Shown here piece after piece: positions 1 to 9,769 of a stretch of 64,000 nucleotides of DNA (position 1 is its first letter; each line of letters starts with the position of its first letter). The notes below the pieces were generated by a model that saw only the letters and a program-made list of their open reading frames with translations, was not told the origin of the DNA and did not search any database. Position numbers and translations under genes: made by a program. Origin of the DNA: Patescibacteria group bacterium (GTDB taxonomy: Bacteria > Patescibacteriota > Microgenomatia > UBA12405); NCBI GenBank assembly GCA_050943115.1, contig JBMNON010000003.1:28565-92564 (forward strand). The letters run 5' to 3'.

Positions 1-209
1 AGTATCAGGGTTAAGATTACCAAAAGAACTGCAAAAATCAGATGGATGTAGGAAAAAATGATAAGGGTAGAGTTAAACTTATCAACAATGTGGCGGGCCA
101 TCGAGGTCGTTTGTTTGACAATAATAAGGGCAAATATGGCATATATTACAGCCCCCAGAGTGGACAGGATTTTTTGAGACAGAATGACGATGTCGTTTAA
201 TTGATTCAT
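1..209 (-). CDS. small hydrophobic protein, C-terminal part of the gene is outside the window (start ATG at 209..207)
   Basis: ATG at 207-209 (rc) overlaps the TGA stop of the upstream ORF (ATGA coupling). Translation MNQLNDIVILSQKILSTLGAVIYAIFALIIVKQTT... is hydrophobic. Runs off the window edge. Confidence 0.3.
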   Translation of the reverse strand, partial: MNQLNDIVILSQKILSTLGAVIYAIFALIIVKQTTSMARHIVDKFNSTLIIFSYIHLIFAVLLVILTLI

Positions 210-958
210 TTTATCCTCCCTTCCAAAGACTCCTGCTCCTCCTCCCCCCTCATCTGCTGGAGAACCTGCAAGACAAGATTGGGGTTGGGAATTTTTTCTA
301 TTTTTATAACCGGGATTTCTGCTGCAGTTTGAATTAGAACTGATCCATAATTAAATAAAGTTTGAGAAACACCGCCGACCACAGAGGTAACATCCTGGAT
401 CATGGAAATTTTGGCCTCAGAGATCTTCTTGTCTATTAGATTGAAAAAGTCAATATCGACAACCCTTTCCTCGGTGATAATAAAGACGTTGAAGTACCAA
501 GACAGAAATTGTTCGAAAGCGATAGCAAAAGTTAAGAGATACCAAAAGATGAGCAAGGCAAAATTCAGACTGGCAGGGACAAGATTAATAATGGGTGGCA
601 AAAAGGAAACTAAAATGGGGGCCAGTACCATGAGAAATGTAACTAAAATCCAGGAAACATTAGTAAACCAATGTCGACGTAAAACAAGTATTATCTCTTC
701 GTCATCCTCACGAGTGTCGAAGGTAAAAACTTTTGGCCGGGCCAGGAAGGAGGAAAAGGAAGTTTTGGTTTTCCCTTGAAGAAGCTGATAGACCCTTTGG
801 CGAAATTTCTGGTTTCTCGAGGGAGAGAAGGATGGTGCGCCCTCCTGCTGCAAGGGTTTTGATTTGAGGGAAGGTTTAGCTTCTTTTTTGGAAGCTTTTG
901 GTGAATTTTCTATAGGATCATCGGGAGCAATAGAGTCAAGATCTTTTGATCGAGCCAT
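206..958 (-). CDS. hypothetical membrane protein (about 3 TM helices, acidic C-terminus)
   Basis: 250-aa ORF. Hydrophobic segments WILVTFLMVLAPILVSFL and NFALLIFWYLLTFAIAF. No recognisable catalytic motif. Confidence 0.5.
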   Translation of the reverse strand: MARSKDLDSIAPDDPIENSPKASKKEAKPSLKSKPLQQEGAPSFSPSRNQKFRQRVYQLLQGKTKTSFSSFLARPKVFTFDTREDDEEIILVLRRHWFTNVSWILVTFLMVLAPILVSFLPPIINLVPASLNFALLIFWYLLTFAIAFEQFLSWYFNVFIITEERVVDIDFFNLIDKKISEAKISMIQDVTSVVGGVSQTLFNYGSVLIQTAAEIPVIKIEKIPNPNLVLQVLQQMRGEEEQESLEGRIK

Positions 959-985
959 AGGTTTATTGTAACATTTTAAGTAAGC

Positions 986-2734
986 TTATTTCTTTTCGAT
1001 GTTGAAAAGAGCCGACTTAATGGCAATGGCTCCGGGAGCCCGAAGGACAAAGATTTCTTTGAAATCTTCACCTGAAAAGGTAAAGTTTCCTTTATCGGTA
1101 GATAGATGAACATTGGTAGTGTAGCCACCGGTAGAATAATCGACGGAAACAGAACTGACACTGGATACGGGGCCACCATACTGGGCAGCTTTCGAGCGAA
1201 GTTCATCTCTGGACCAGGCGTTGGGATCATTGCCGCCAAAACAACCTCCTGAATCAATTTGAGAAAGGTGACCGATGCTTCCCTTATCTTTTGAATAGAC
1301 TAAAACGGCGTTAACAATATCGGCAAACTCATCGTTAGTCAGCCAGGGATGAGAACGGCCACAAGCTTGATTGCTACGAGTTTTGTACCAACCTTTGTAA
1401 TACCAGGAGGAATTAGCACTGCGTTCATAGGAATCGTTAGGCCAGCAGGACTGGGAGCCACAAGCAGTATCCCAGATTTGAGGTGTGGAGTGGCCAAGAG
1501 AACTGTAGCTATATATGGCACCGCCGGCGGTTGAGGCATACATAGTAGAAAATATTTCATTAGTTTTGTTGCTGACTACCACCTTGCCCCTGGTGGCTTC
1601 GACGGCTTGTTTCCAAAGACCAGGACTATTGTAGCGGGACGATTTATAGACCTGACAAGCTTCAGTAACACAAATCGTGCCGGTTGAACTGCGGCTGTTT
1701 AGGCGCCAGTTAGTGGAGGCCAGGGCATAAGTGCGGGCGGCAATAGCCTGAGCCTTGAGAGCCTCCATGCCACCGTCACTCCCCCAGTTTGCCGGCATTT
1801 CGGCTATACCTACCAGATAATTATCTTCAAAAGGCAGCGAGCCGACAGTGGTGCTAATCGTACCGGGCATATCAACGGTTTCGATGCGGACATCACCATA
1901 GTAAGCCTTAAGAATGGTTTCAAAATTTTGGCCAGCCTTGGAACGGCCATATGCCCCAAATTGGCTCATGCCCTTACGATGGGGAGCACCAAAGGAAAAT
2001 GCAGCAAAAGCGGGACTGAAGCCGGGGTTGTAGTCCGACCTGGAAGCCGGATCGTCAGAGGAAGATACGTCACCAACGGAAGTATTAAACATAGCCGTCT
2101 TGGCAGCAATAAGTTCCTGTTGTTTTTTACTTAGTTCAGCCTTGTAATCTTCGGCTTTTTGGATTTCATTGGCAAGAAAACCAAAACGGTCCTCAAGGCT
2201 TTTTTTGATTGAAGCTAATTTGGTTTTTTCTTTTTCAAGACTAATTTTGTTTTGTTCCAAGGTGGCAATATCGGTAACATATTGGGCGATGGTGCTTTTA
2301 TCCTGAGAAATAATGGACTGGAACCAGGCGTATTGCCGTAAAAGACTGGAGCTTTGAGAACTGGAAAAGAAAATAAGAAGAGGGTTAAATTTTTGGGTAT
2401 TGATGTAATAACGACGGATACGTTCATGGAGAAGAATTTTTTGGACTTCTAAGTCCGATTCTTTATCAACCAAACGCTGGCCAAGGTCAGCGACCTGTTT
2501 TTCGGTAAGGACAATTTGGCTTTTCGCGTTGGCAATTTTTGATTTGAGGGAGGTGGATTCCGACTTAAGTGGGGCGATGGCCTTTTCAAGGTCTTCGATT
2601 TGCTTGCTGATTTGGGCGATTTCATCGTCTATGGTGGCAAGGGACCTGAGTGGAGAAAGCAGAAAAGATACGGAAAAAGTAGCCAACAAGATAAACAAAG
2701 TTAATAATGATAATTTGGAGAGCTTATGATGCAC
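986..2734 (-). CDS. SpoIID/LytB-domain protein with N-terminal signal/TM and long coiled-coil region (cell-wall amidase enhancer / lytic transglycosylase family)
   Basis: Motif EALKAQAIAARTYAL and the downstream region are typical of the SpoIID/LytB family. N-terminus hydrophobic; heptad-rich K/E/L region 40-250 aa. Confidence 0.7.
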   Translation of the reverse strand: MHHKLSKLSLLTLFILLATFSVSFLLSPLRSLATIDDEIAQISKQIEDLEKAIAPLKSESTSLKSKIANAKSQIVLTEKQVADLGQRLVDKESDLEVQKILLHERIRRYYINTQKFNPLLIFFSSSQSSSLLRQYAWFQSIISQDKSTIAQYVTDIATLEQNKISLEKEKTKLASIKKSLEDRFGFLANEIQKAEDYKAELSKKQQELIAAKTAMFNTSVGDVSSSDDPASRSDYNPGFSPAFAAFSFGAPHRKGMSQFGAYGRSKAGQNFETILKAYYGDVRIETVDMPGTISTTVGSLPFEDNYLVGIAEMPANWGSDGGMEALKAQAIAARTYALASTNWRLNSRSSTGTICVTEACQVYKSSRYNSPGLWKQAVEATRGKVVVSNKTNEIFSTMYASTAGGAIYSYSSLGHSTPQIWDTACGSQSCWPNDSYERSANSSWYYKGWYKTRSNQACGRSHPWLTNDEFADIVNAVLVYSKDKGSIGHLSQIDSGGCFGGNDPNAWSRDELRSKAAQYGGPVSSVSSVSVDYSTGGYTTNVHLSTDKGNFTFSGEDFKEIFVLRAPGAIAIKSALFNIEKK

Positions 2735-2769
2735 TAATTGATTTTAGCATCGTGTTATACTTCAATAAA

Positions 2770-3621
2770 ATGAAGCGGTTGATTATCCTGTTTTTTATGA
2801 TGTTTTTTAGTTGCATGACGACTAAGAGCGTGTTGGCTGCATGTAATGACGCAAGTATGCTTACATATACCACATGCAATAGTTTGGCAGATTGTGACCT
2901 AGATGTAGAGGCCTTTCCAATTAGCGGTAGTGACGTAGATGACTATAAGACTCATTGTGAGAGTACTTATAACGGAAGTGCGTGCACAGAAATATTGAAT
3001 TTGCCTGGAGTGGGATACACCGTAATGTGTTATATGAAAATTAATCAACCGACACCAACTACACCACACCCGACAAGCTGCGGATTACTGGGGGGTATTT
3101 GTTGCAAAGATGGTGAAGATAAGTGGTTCTGTCGGGAAGACCAGGGCGGCCCCGCACCTGATGGAACATCTTGTTATTGCAGAGCCACCGCGCCAACAGT
3201 GGAACCGACATTCCCGGTAGCATCACCGACACCTGATCCTTATGTCGATGGGGATGGAATTAGCTTAACTTTTACCTCTGACAAAGAAATTTTTTGCGGA
3301 GCTGGCGATAAACCATCCGAGACCCCCTTGGATCCAGAAAATCCATATATTTATACAGCTTTCGGCTGTATGCCGGTAAAAAGTAATGCATTTATTAAAT
3401 GGTTGCTGCCGTTTTTATTTGGGATTGCCGGAGGAATTGCCTTTTTGTTAATGATATCCGGATTCTTTATGATACTAACCTCGAGAGGAGATCCCAAGGT
3501 TGTCCAGGCCGGAAGAGAAAAGGTAACCGCAGCCATAACAGGTCTTTTGGTGATCCTGTTTTCGGTGTTCCTGCTCAGGCTAATTTTAGTAGGAATATTA
3601 AAAATTCCAGGAGTATTTTGA
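2770..3621 (+). CDS. secreted Cys-rich, Pro/Thr-rich protein with C-terminal VirB2/TrbC-pilin-like two-helix membrane domain
   Basis: Signal peptide MKRLIILFFMMFFSCMTTKSVLAA|CN. 14 Cys in the ectodomain, PTPTTPHPT linker. C-terminal IAGGIAFLLMISGFFMILTSRGDPKVVQAGREKVTAAITGLLVILFSVFLL is shared with the next ORF. Confidence 0.55.
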   Translation: MKRLIILFFMMFFSCMTTKSVLAACNDASMLTYTTCNSLADCDLDVEAFPISGSDVDDYKTHCESTYNGSACTEILNLPGVGYTVMCYMKINQPTPTTPHPTSCGLLGGICCKDGEDKWFCREDQGGPAPDGTSCYCRATAPTVEPTFPVASPTPDPYVDGDGISLTFTSDKEIFCGAGDKPSETPLDPENPYIYTAFGCMPVKSNAFIKWLLPFLFGIAGGIAFLLMISGFFMILTSRGDPKVVQAGREKVTAAITGLLVILFSVFLLRLILVGILKIPGVF

Positions 3622-3624
3622 GCA

Positions 3625-3978
3625 ATGCTTAATTTATTAAATTTAAAAGTTTGGGCAGCCCATGATCCTTCAGCTGATGGAGCCGGCAACACGGCCATGC
3701 TACCTACATACGAAGGAACGGGATTTACTTTAGAAGGTAAGAACTTGGGGCAAATAATTACCGAATTTATGCCTTTTGTATTTACTATCGCCGGAGTTGC
3801 ACTGCTTTTTGTGATTATTATGGGCGGGGTAACACTGATGACCTCGGGAGGCGATCCCAATAAAACAAAAGAGGGATACGGCAAGATTGTCGCTGGGGTA
3901 ATTGGGTTTTTGATAATTTTTGCCAGTTATTTTATTGCCCAGATTATCGAAACGATACTTGGAATGAAATTGTTATGA
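3625..3978 (+). CDS. small VirB2/TrbC-pilin-like membrane protein (paralog of the C-terminal domain of the preceding gene)
   Basis: 117 aa. IAGVALLFVIIMGGVTLMTSGGDPNKTKEGYGKIVAGVIGFLIIFASYFIAQII aligns with the C-terminus of the 2770..3621 product (G..L.TS.GDP...G..I.A.I.G.L.I.F). 4 nt spacing from the previous gene. Confidence 0.5.
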   Translation: MLNLLNLKVWAAHDPSADGAGNTAMLPTYEGTGFTLEGKNLGQIITEFMPFVFTIAGVALLFVIIMGGVTLMTSGGDPNKTKEGYGKIVAGVIGFLIIFASYFIAQIIETILGMKLL

Positions 3979-4137
3979 GACGGGTTGAAGCAGTAAACGG
4001 GATACCCGTCGATTGCCCGGTTTTGGACCACTTTTTGGGGATGTCCGCCATCAGATCGTGTCGGGGGACCAATCACGAGGTCTGTGATGAGTGTAGTTTA
4101 AGGAAGGGAAGTAACAGGGAGGCTGTTCCGGGAAAAA

Positions 4138-4893
4138 TTAGCGGCCGTGACGACGAGAGCGCTGCTGGTACCAATAAATAGTTTGTTCCAGCTTTTTTGG
4201 AGTAAAATCCGGCCAAAGAGTATCGGTGAAGTAGAGTTCAGCGTAAGACATCTGCCAGAGGAGGAAGTTGGACAGACGGAATTCGCCGCCAGGGCGAATA
4301 ATTAAGTCAGGGTCAGGCTGACCTTTGGTATACAGATATTCGGATACTAACTTTTCATTAATTTTTTGAGCAGGAACCTTATCCTTGATAATTTGCTTGA
4401 TGGCATTAACAATTTCATCCCGGCCGCCATAATTAAGGGCAACATTGAACTTAACCCTTTCGTTATCCAAAACTATGTCCATAACACTTTTAATGGCATT
4501 TTTTACCTTAAAAGGAAATGCCTGAAAATTACCAAGAACAAAGAACTTAATTCCGGAGCGCTGGTACTCTTCTTTTTTGGTTTTGACAATATTGACTAAA
4601 AGATCAAAGATACCCTTAACTTCCTTGGCTGAACGCTTTTTCCAGTTCTCAGTGGAAAGGGCATAAACAGTTAGATGTTTGACACCTATTTGGCGGCAAT
4701 ACTCAACAATTTTTTCCAGATTCTGAGCTCCAGCTTTGTGACCATCGGTAGGTTTGAGACCCCGGGCAACAGCCCAACGGCGGTTGCCATCCATAATGAT
4801 AGCGATATGCTGAGGAAGGTTATTCGGGTCAATTTTCAGTTTGGTTACAAAAGGAGATTTTGCTTTTTTGGTTTGGATTGAAACTGGAGTCAT
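4138..4893 (-). CDS. uppS: undecaprenyl-diphosphate synthase (di-trans,poly-cis-decaprenylcistransferase)
   Basis: HIAIIMDGNRRWA, GHKAG, LTVYALSTENWKR and RPGGEFRLSNFLLWQ(M)SYAE motifs of cis-prenyltransferases. Confidence 0.9.
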   Translation of the reverse strand: MTPVSIQTKKAKSPFVTKLKIDPNNLPQHIAIIMDGNRRWAVARGLKPTDGHKAGAQNLEKIVEYCRQIGVKHLTVYALSTENWKKRSAKEVKGIFDLLVNIVKTKKEEYQRSGIKFFVLGNFQAFPFKVKNAIKSVMDIVLDNERVKFNVALNYGGRDEIVNAIKQIIKDKVPAQKINEKLVSEYLYTKGQPDPDLIIRPGGEFRLSNFLLWQMSYAELYFTDTLWPDFTPKKLEQTIYWYQQRSRRHGR

Positions 4894-4914
4894 ATTATTT
4901 ATGTCGCTGATTTT

Positions 4915-4950
4915 TGGAAAATCATTCTAAAAAAACCCGCCAGATGCGGG
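4915..4950 (-). terminator. rho-independent terminator (bidirectional hairpin) immediately downstream of the 16S rRNA 3' end
   Basis: Stem ACCCGC-cagat-GCGGGT (4926..4942) flanked by A-run (4915..4925) and T-run (4943..4947). On the minus strand the hairpin is followed by UUUUUU. Confidence 0.6.
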
Positions 4951-5048
4951 TTTTTAAATTCAATCTATCAAGCGTTTAAAGCTGCATTGTTAGTACCAGA
5001 AAGACGACGGATGAAGAATTGTCCGACACAAGATCGGCATAATTTCCT

Positions 5049-6543
5049 CAAAGGAGGTGATCCATCCGCACCTTCCAGTACGGATACCTTGTTACGACTT
5101 AACCCTCATCGCTGGATTCACCTTGGTCCTACAACAATGTAAGACTTCAGGTGCCCCCAACTTTGCTGATTTGACGGGCAGTGTGTGCAAGAGGCGAGAA
5201 CGTATTCACCGCAGTCTGCTGATCTGCGATTACTACCAATTCCGGGTTCATGCAGGCGAGTTTCAGCCTGCAATCCCAACTGAGGGAGGTTTTTAGGATT
5301 AGCTCCGCCTCGCGGCATTGCAACCCGTTGTACCACCCATTGTAGGATGTGTGTAGCCCTGGATATAAGCATCATGATGACTTGACGTCGTCCCCTCCTT
5401 CCTCCCAACAAAATAATGCTGGGCAGTCTCCTGTGACACAGTAACACAGGATAGGGGTTGCGCTCGTTACCTCACTTAAGAGAACAACTCACGTCACGAG
5501 CTGACGACAGCCATGCAACAGCTGTGTACCACCCTCGAAGGCTTCTACATCTCTGTAGCTTGCAGGTACATGTCAAACCCAGGTAAGGTTCATCGCTTCG
5601 TATCGAATTGAACCACATGCTCCACTGGTTGTGCGCCTCCCCGCCAATTCGTTTGAGTTTCGGCCTTGCGGCTATACTCCCCAGGCGGTCCGTTTAACGC
5701 GTTAGCTAGCATCCCCCAAAAAAAATCGGAGAATTAACGGACATTGTTTACGGCTAGGACTACTCAGGTCTCTAATCTGATTGGCTACCCTAGCTTTCGT
5801 CTCTGAGTGTCAGTACATACCTGGTTACCCGCCTTCGCGCTTGGTGTTCTTTCTAGTATCCACGGATTTTACCCCTACACTAGAAATTCCAGTAACTCCG
5901 ATATGACTCAAGTCTTCCAGTATCCTGCCCCTGTCTCCGATTGAGTCGGAGGCTTTGAAACAAGACTTAAAAGACCACCTACAGACGCTTTACGCCCAGT
6001 AAAACCGGGTAACGCTTGCAACCTACGTATTACCGCGACTGCTGGCACGTAGTTAGTAGTTGCTTATTCGAAATAGCTTCATGCTAAAACAAAAGTGGTT
6101 TACAACCCGAAGGCCGTCATCCCACACGCGGCGTCGCTGCGTCAGACTTTCGTCCATTGCGCAAGATTCCTAACTGCTGCCACCCGTAGGTGTATGGGCC
6201 GTGTCTCAGTCCCATTGTGCCGGACTCTCCGCTAAGAGCCGGTAGCCGTCATAGCCTTGGTGAGCCGTTACCTCACCAACAAGCTGGTAGCAAGCACGCT
6301 GCTCTCTAAGTGATTTGCATCTTTACCCCGGAGGGACTATGGGGAATTACCCTACCTTTCGGTAGGCTATGCCCCGCTTAGAGGTACATTCGTACTCATT
6401 ACTCACCCGTTCGCCGCTGAACTTGAAGTCTACACTAAAGAACTCTACACGCAGGAGTCCCTTAGTGTAAACAACAAGCCCCGCTCGACTTGCATGTCTT
6501 AGGCACGCCGCCAGCGTTCACCCTGAGCCACGATCAAACTCTT
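5049..6543 (-). rRNA. rrs: 16S ribosomal RNA, complete
   Basis: rc of 6522..6543 = AAGAGTTTGATCGTGGCTCAGG (5' end). rc of 5049..5064 = GGATCACCTCCTTTG (3' anti-SD end). Internal universal blocks (GTGCCAGCAGTCGCGGTAATAC rc at about 6030, ACGGGCGGTGTGT rc at about 5170). Length about 1495 nt, no insertions. Confidence 0.95.
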
Positions 6544-6801
6544 AGTACAAAAATCCCGACAATCTCGGGATAAAAGATTTTTTTAGTTAAATCGTCTTTA
6601 CCGGTACTAACGATATGGCTTTAAAACGCTTGCGATTGTCAAAGTACTTTTGGCTAACCTTCGGTTAGTCAGTGAATTATTATATTACACCTTTTGATAA
6701 TTTGCATTAGGCAAATTAGAAGTAGTACGGTTGATACTTTTGCTGGTAGTTATCGGTGCAATTGTTGTATAATTGTATCAAATTTCCGGTAATATGTCCA
6801 G

Positions 6802-7863
6802 TTAGAGACGAATAATTTTGGCGCTAGGGAGATAGAAGGCACTACTGTCTTCAGAAGAAGTGAATATGGTTTGATAGTTAAGAGACAAGTGACTGACTAA
6901 CTGCTGGTGTTCAGGATCAAGCTCGGAAAAGATATCATCGAGCAGTAATAAAGGTTTTTCCTGATAGATTTTTTCCAGGTACTGAATTTGAGCCAATCTG
7001 AGGGCAAGAACTGCCAGCCTCTGTTGACCCCGGCTACCCCAATTTGACAAGTTTTTATCTTCGTACGGAAAAATTGAACTATCAAAAGAAAAATCGTCCC
7101 GATGACAGCCTGATTGGGTAAAGCCACGGGAAAGATCCAAGGAATAATTGGAATCAAGCTTTTCTTGGCTAAGGATAGAGGGTTTGTAATTAAGGGATAA
7201 GGTTTGGATTTCCGGGTGGGTGTGCCGGGAATAAAATGAGTTGACGTGGCGGGTAAAAGCCAGGCGGTGATCATGAATAATTTTGTCGTTTTTAATGAGT
7301 GATTGATCCCAATAGAATAGTTCGTTTTTGGTATTGGTCATCTGCCGAATTTGATCTAACAACTCGTTGCGATGCTTTAGGGCTTTATTGTATTGGGAGA
7401 GGGCCGAGGCATAACGCCAGTCGATAGAGGAAAAGGTATCATCAAGATATTCGCGACGACGGGAGGGAGAGCCGGTAACCAAGCGAATATCTTCGGGCTG
7501 GAAAATTACTACTTTGAAAGTACCTAGATAGTTTTTGCGGCTTTTTTCGACTTTGTCGATGAGAAACTTTCTTTTTATGGAAGCACTGCCTTCTTCCCTG
7601 ATAAGCTGCAGCTCCAATTCCAAATCCTGTTGTTTTCTGGTGATTTTTGACCTAACGATGGTATAGGGGTGCTGCCACTTAAGTAATTGAGGAAGAGTAG
7701 CCGACCTAAAACTTTTACCAGTTGATAGAAAATAAATTGCCTCCAAAATATTACTTTTACCGCTGCCGTTCTTGCCTAAGATTAAGTTATTTTGAGGACT
7801 AAACTCCAATATCCGTTCAGAGTAGGAACGAAAGTTATTTAATAACAATTTATTAATATGCAT
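6802..7863 (-). CDS. recF: DNA replication and repair protein RecF
   Basis: N-terminal MHINKLLLNNFRSY + Walker A GKNGSGKSNILEAI. C-terminal LLLDDIFSELD (Walker B / signature), SMC-like ABC ATPase architecture. Confidence 0.9.
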   Translation of the reverse strand: MHINKLLLNNFRSYSERILEFSPQNNLILGKNGSGKSNILEAIYFLSTGKSFRSATLPQLLKWQHPYTIVRSKITRKQQDLELELQLIREEGSASIKRKFLIDKVEKSRKNYLGTFKVVIFQPEDIRLVTGSPSRRREYLDDTFSSIDWRYASALSQYNKALKHRNELLDQIRQMTNTKNELFYWDQSLIKNDKIIHDHRLAFTRHVNSFYSRHTHPEIQTLSLNYKPSILSQEKLDSNYSLDLSRGFTQSGCHRDDFSFDSSIFPYEDKNLSNWGSRGQQRLAVLALRLAQIQYLEKIYQEKPLLLLDDIFSELDPEHQQLVSHLSLNYQTIFTSSEDSSAFYLPSAKIIRL

Positions 7864-7891
7864 GGAATATATTGTGTGCTAGATTAGCTTA

Positions 7892-8746
7892 ATGTTAAAA
7901 GATAACATAAGAATACCCGGATTCGAACTTTTTGTCGAAAAAAAGGTGAAGGTTGGCGATATTTTTATTAACTACGCCGAAGCGGGTGAGGGTAAAGTAA
8001 TAATTCTGATTCACGGTTGGACAAACAACTGGACTGGACTGATTCCGGTAGCTTCTCACCTACTGCCTAATTATAGGGTAATTATTGTAGATTTACCGGG
8101 CTATGGGGAAAGCGGAAGGTTGAAAAACTATTCCGTAATGACGATGGCTTCACACCTGAAAGGATTAATAGACGGACTTAAGCTAAGGAGGGTATCTTTG
8201 GCCGGACACTCAATGGGAACTTTTGTGGTATCAAAATTTTTGGAGATGTATCCTGAAAGCATCGAAAAATTGATACTAATCGGACCCGTATTTAGAAAAA
8301 ATAATAAGGTAAGGACGTTAAAAGCAACCGAAAGGTTCTTCTCCTTGGCAGACAAACACGGCAGGTTACAAACGGTGATTGATAAGGTGGTGAAAAGAGA
8401 CACGTTCTCTTACCTTACGGCCAAATATCTTAATATGTATAAGTTCGACAAGCCGACAGTGCAAAAGTATGGAATAGTCGGAAAAAGGAAGATGTCAATT
8501 GACGCCTATGTGGATATGGGGGTGGAAATAGCCAAACTAAAAATGGAGAAAATTATTGCTAACAACAAAAAACCGATTTTGATGGTTTTCGGGAAGTACG
8601 ATAAAATTACTAATTGCGAACAAGCCAAGGAAGCGCTTTTGGGCTTGGGTAATTATAAATATGAAGTAATCGATAAAGCCGGACACGTGGTTACGGTGGA
8701 AAAGCCGAAACAAGTGGCCGAGTCGATAAAAAAATTTTTAGACTAA
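7892..8746 (+). CDS. alpha/beta-fold hydrolase
   Basis: ILIHGW...VDLPGYGES and nucleophile elbow GHSMG. C-terminal GHVV(T) histidine region. Confidence 0.7.
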   Translation: MLKDNIRIPGFELFVEKKVKVGDIFINYAEAGEGKVIILIHGWTNNWTGLIPVASHLLPNYRVIIVDLPGYGESGRLKNYSVMTMASHLKGLIDGLKLRRVSLAGHSMGTFVVSKFLEMYPESIEKLILIGPVFRKNNKVRTLKATERFFSLADKHGRLQTVIDKVVKRDTFSYLTAKYLNMYKFDKPTVQKYGIVGKRKMSIDAYVDMGVEIAKLKMEKIIANNKKPILMVFGKYDKITNCEQAKEALLGLGNYKYEVIDKAGHVVTVEKPKQVAESIKKFLD

Positions 8747-9769
8747 ATGACAAAAATTAAAAGGCTGTACTGGCTACTAAACAAAGAAGGTTTGTTGGGA
8801 TTAAAAAGTAAGATAGCGGAAAAGAAACAAAAATGGTGGTGGAGATGGCCACTTCAAGCGGGCAATAAAATCCTGGGCTGGGAGAACATGATGAATTTTT
8901 GGATTAAAATTGATTCAAAAGCAGAGGAAGAGGATTGGGGGACAGCATCAAAAGAATTAATTTCAAAACTGGGGATTGAATTGGATACGGGCGAGGATTT
9001 GGAAAGAATTAGAAAGAATAAAAAGGCGACCTTGGTGCTGGGAGTTAACCATGAGGCAATTTTGGAACCGTTTATTATCGCTTCCCTGTTAGGCGACAGA
9101 AGGGTGTCGCTGATTTCACTTAAAGTACTGCAAGTGCTGGGAAGAGCATACAGTAAATACATTATGCCGGTGATGCCAAGACGTTATGCAAAGGATGAGA
9201 AAAGATTTAAAAGATGGATTGTCAATAAAGTACACCCAAGGGCCAGGCTTTACGGCATAGAGGAGCTGAAAGTAGTTGAAATCGATGAAATGAATGAAAA
9301 AGTGTTTAATAGAGCAGCCAAGAGGCTGATGGAAGGCATGGATGTAGTACTATTTGCTACGGGAGGAAAAGTGGCCCAAGCAGCTTGGGGCAGAGGTTTG
9401 GGAGAAATTGTCAATAGAGTTAGTAAAGAAAAGCGGAGTGATGTACAAATTGCGTTTTTCCATTTTGATGGACTAAGGCAGATGGAGGTAGTAAAAAGGT
9501 TTTGGATGGCAGCAAACGGAAAGAAACTTAAAAAGATAAACGTAAGGGTAAACTGCCATAAGGGCTTTGAATTGAGTAGAATTGAACAGGCACTGGGAGA
9601 AAGATTTGAGCCAAAGAGCATCGTCGAGTACATTAAAGCCTGGAGTTTGGAAAAATTCGGCTATAACAAAGTTAGAGAGAGAAATATGTGGAAATGGCCG
9701 AAATTAGTATACCAACCGGTTTATGCCAGGCTAATGACGATTTGGGCTTTTGTGAGGATGAGAATCTAA
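8747..9769 (+). CDS. hypothetical protein, possibly a divergent PlsC-like acyltransferase
   Basis: VNHEAILE (HX4E instead of HX4D) and FATGGK resemble LPLAT motifs I and III. Weak. Confidence 0.3.
   Translation: MTKIKRLYWLLNKEGLLGLKSKIAEKKQKWWWRWPLQAGNKILGWENMMNFWIKIDSKAEEEDWGTASKELISKLGIELDTGEDLERIRKNKKATLVLGVNHEAILEPFIIASLLGDRRVSLISLKVLQVLGRAYSKYIMPVMPRRYAKDEKRFKRWIVNKVHPRARLYGIEELKVVEIDEMNEKVFNRAAKRLMEGMDVVLFATGGKVAQAAWGRGLGEIVNRVSKEKRSDVQIAFFHFDGLRQMEVVKRFWMAANGKKLKKINVRVNCHKGFELSRIEQALGERFEPKSIVEYIKAWSLEKFGYNKVRERNMWKWPKLVYQPVYARLMTIWAFVRMRI

Noticed and set aside
3351-3884. ORF 3351..3884 (-), 177 aa
   Set aside because: Antisense to the two pilin-like genes that have signal peptides and shared domains. 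No motif.
3975-4181. Small ORF 3975..4181 (+), 68 aa, with several Cys
   Set aside because: Overlaps the uppS 3' end on the opposite strand by about 44 nt and has no RBS or motif support. Kept only as a low-probability small protein.
5057-5447. ORFs 5057..5296 (+) and 5118..5447 (-) from the six-frame track
   Set aside because: They lie entirely inside the 16S rRNA gene; these are spurious reading frames.
6544-6801. Putative 16S promoter (-35 TTGACA on the minus strand near 6640)
   Set aside because: A TTGACA hexamer is present but no convincing -10 hexamer at 16-19 nt spacing. Not reported as a feature.
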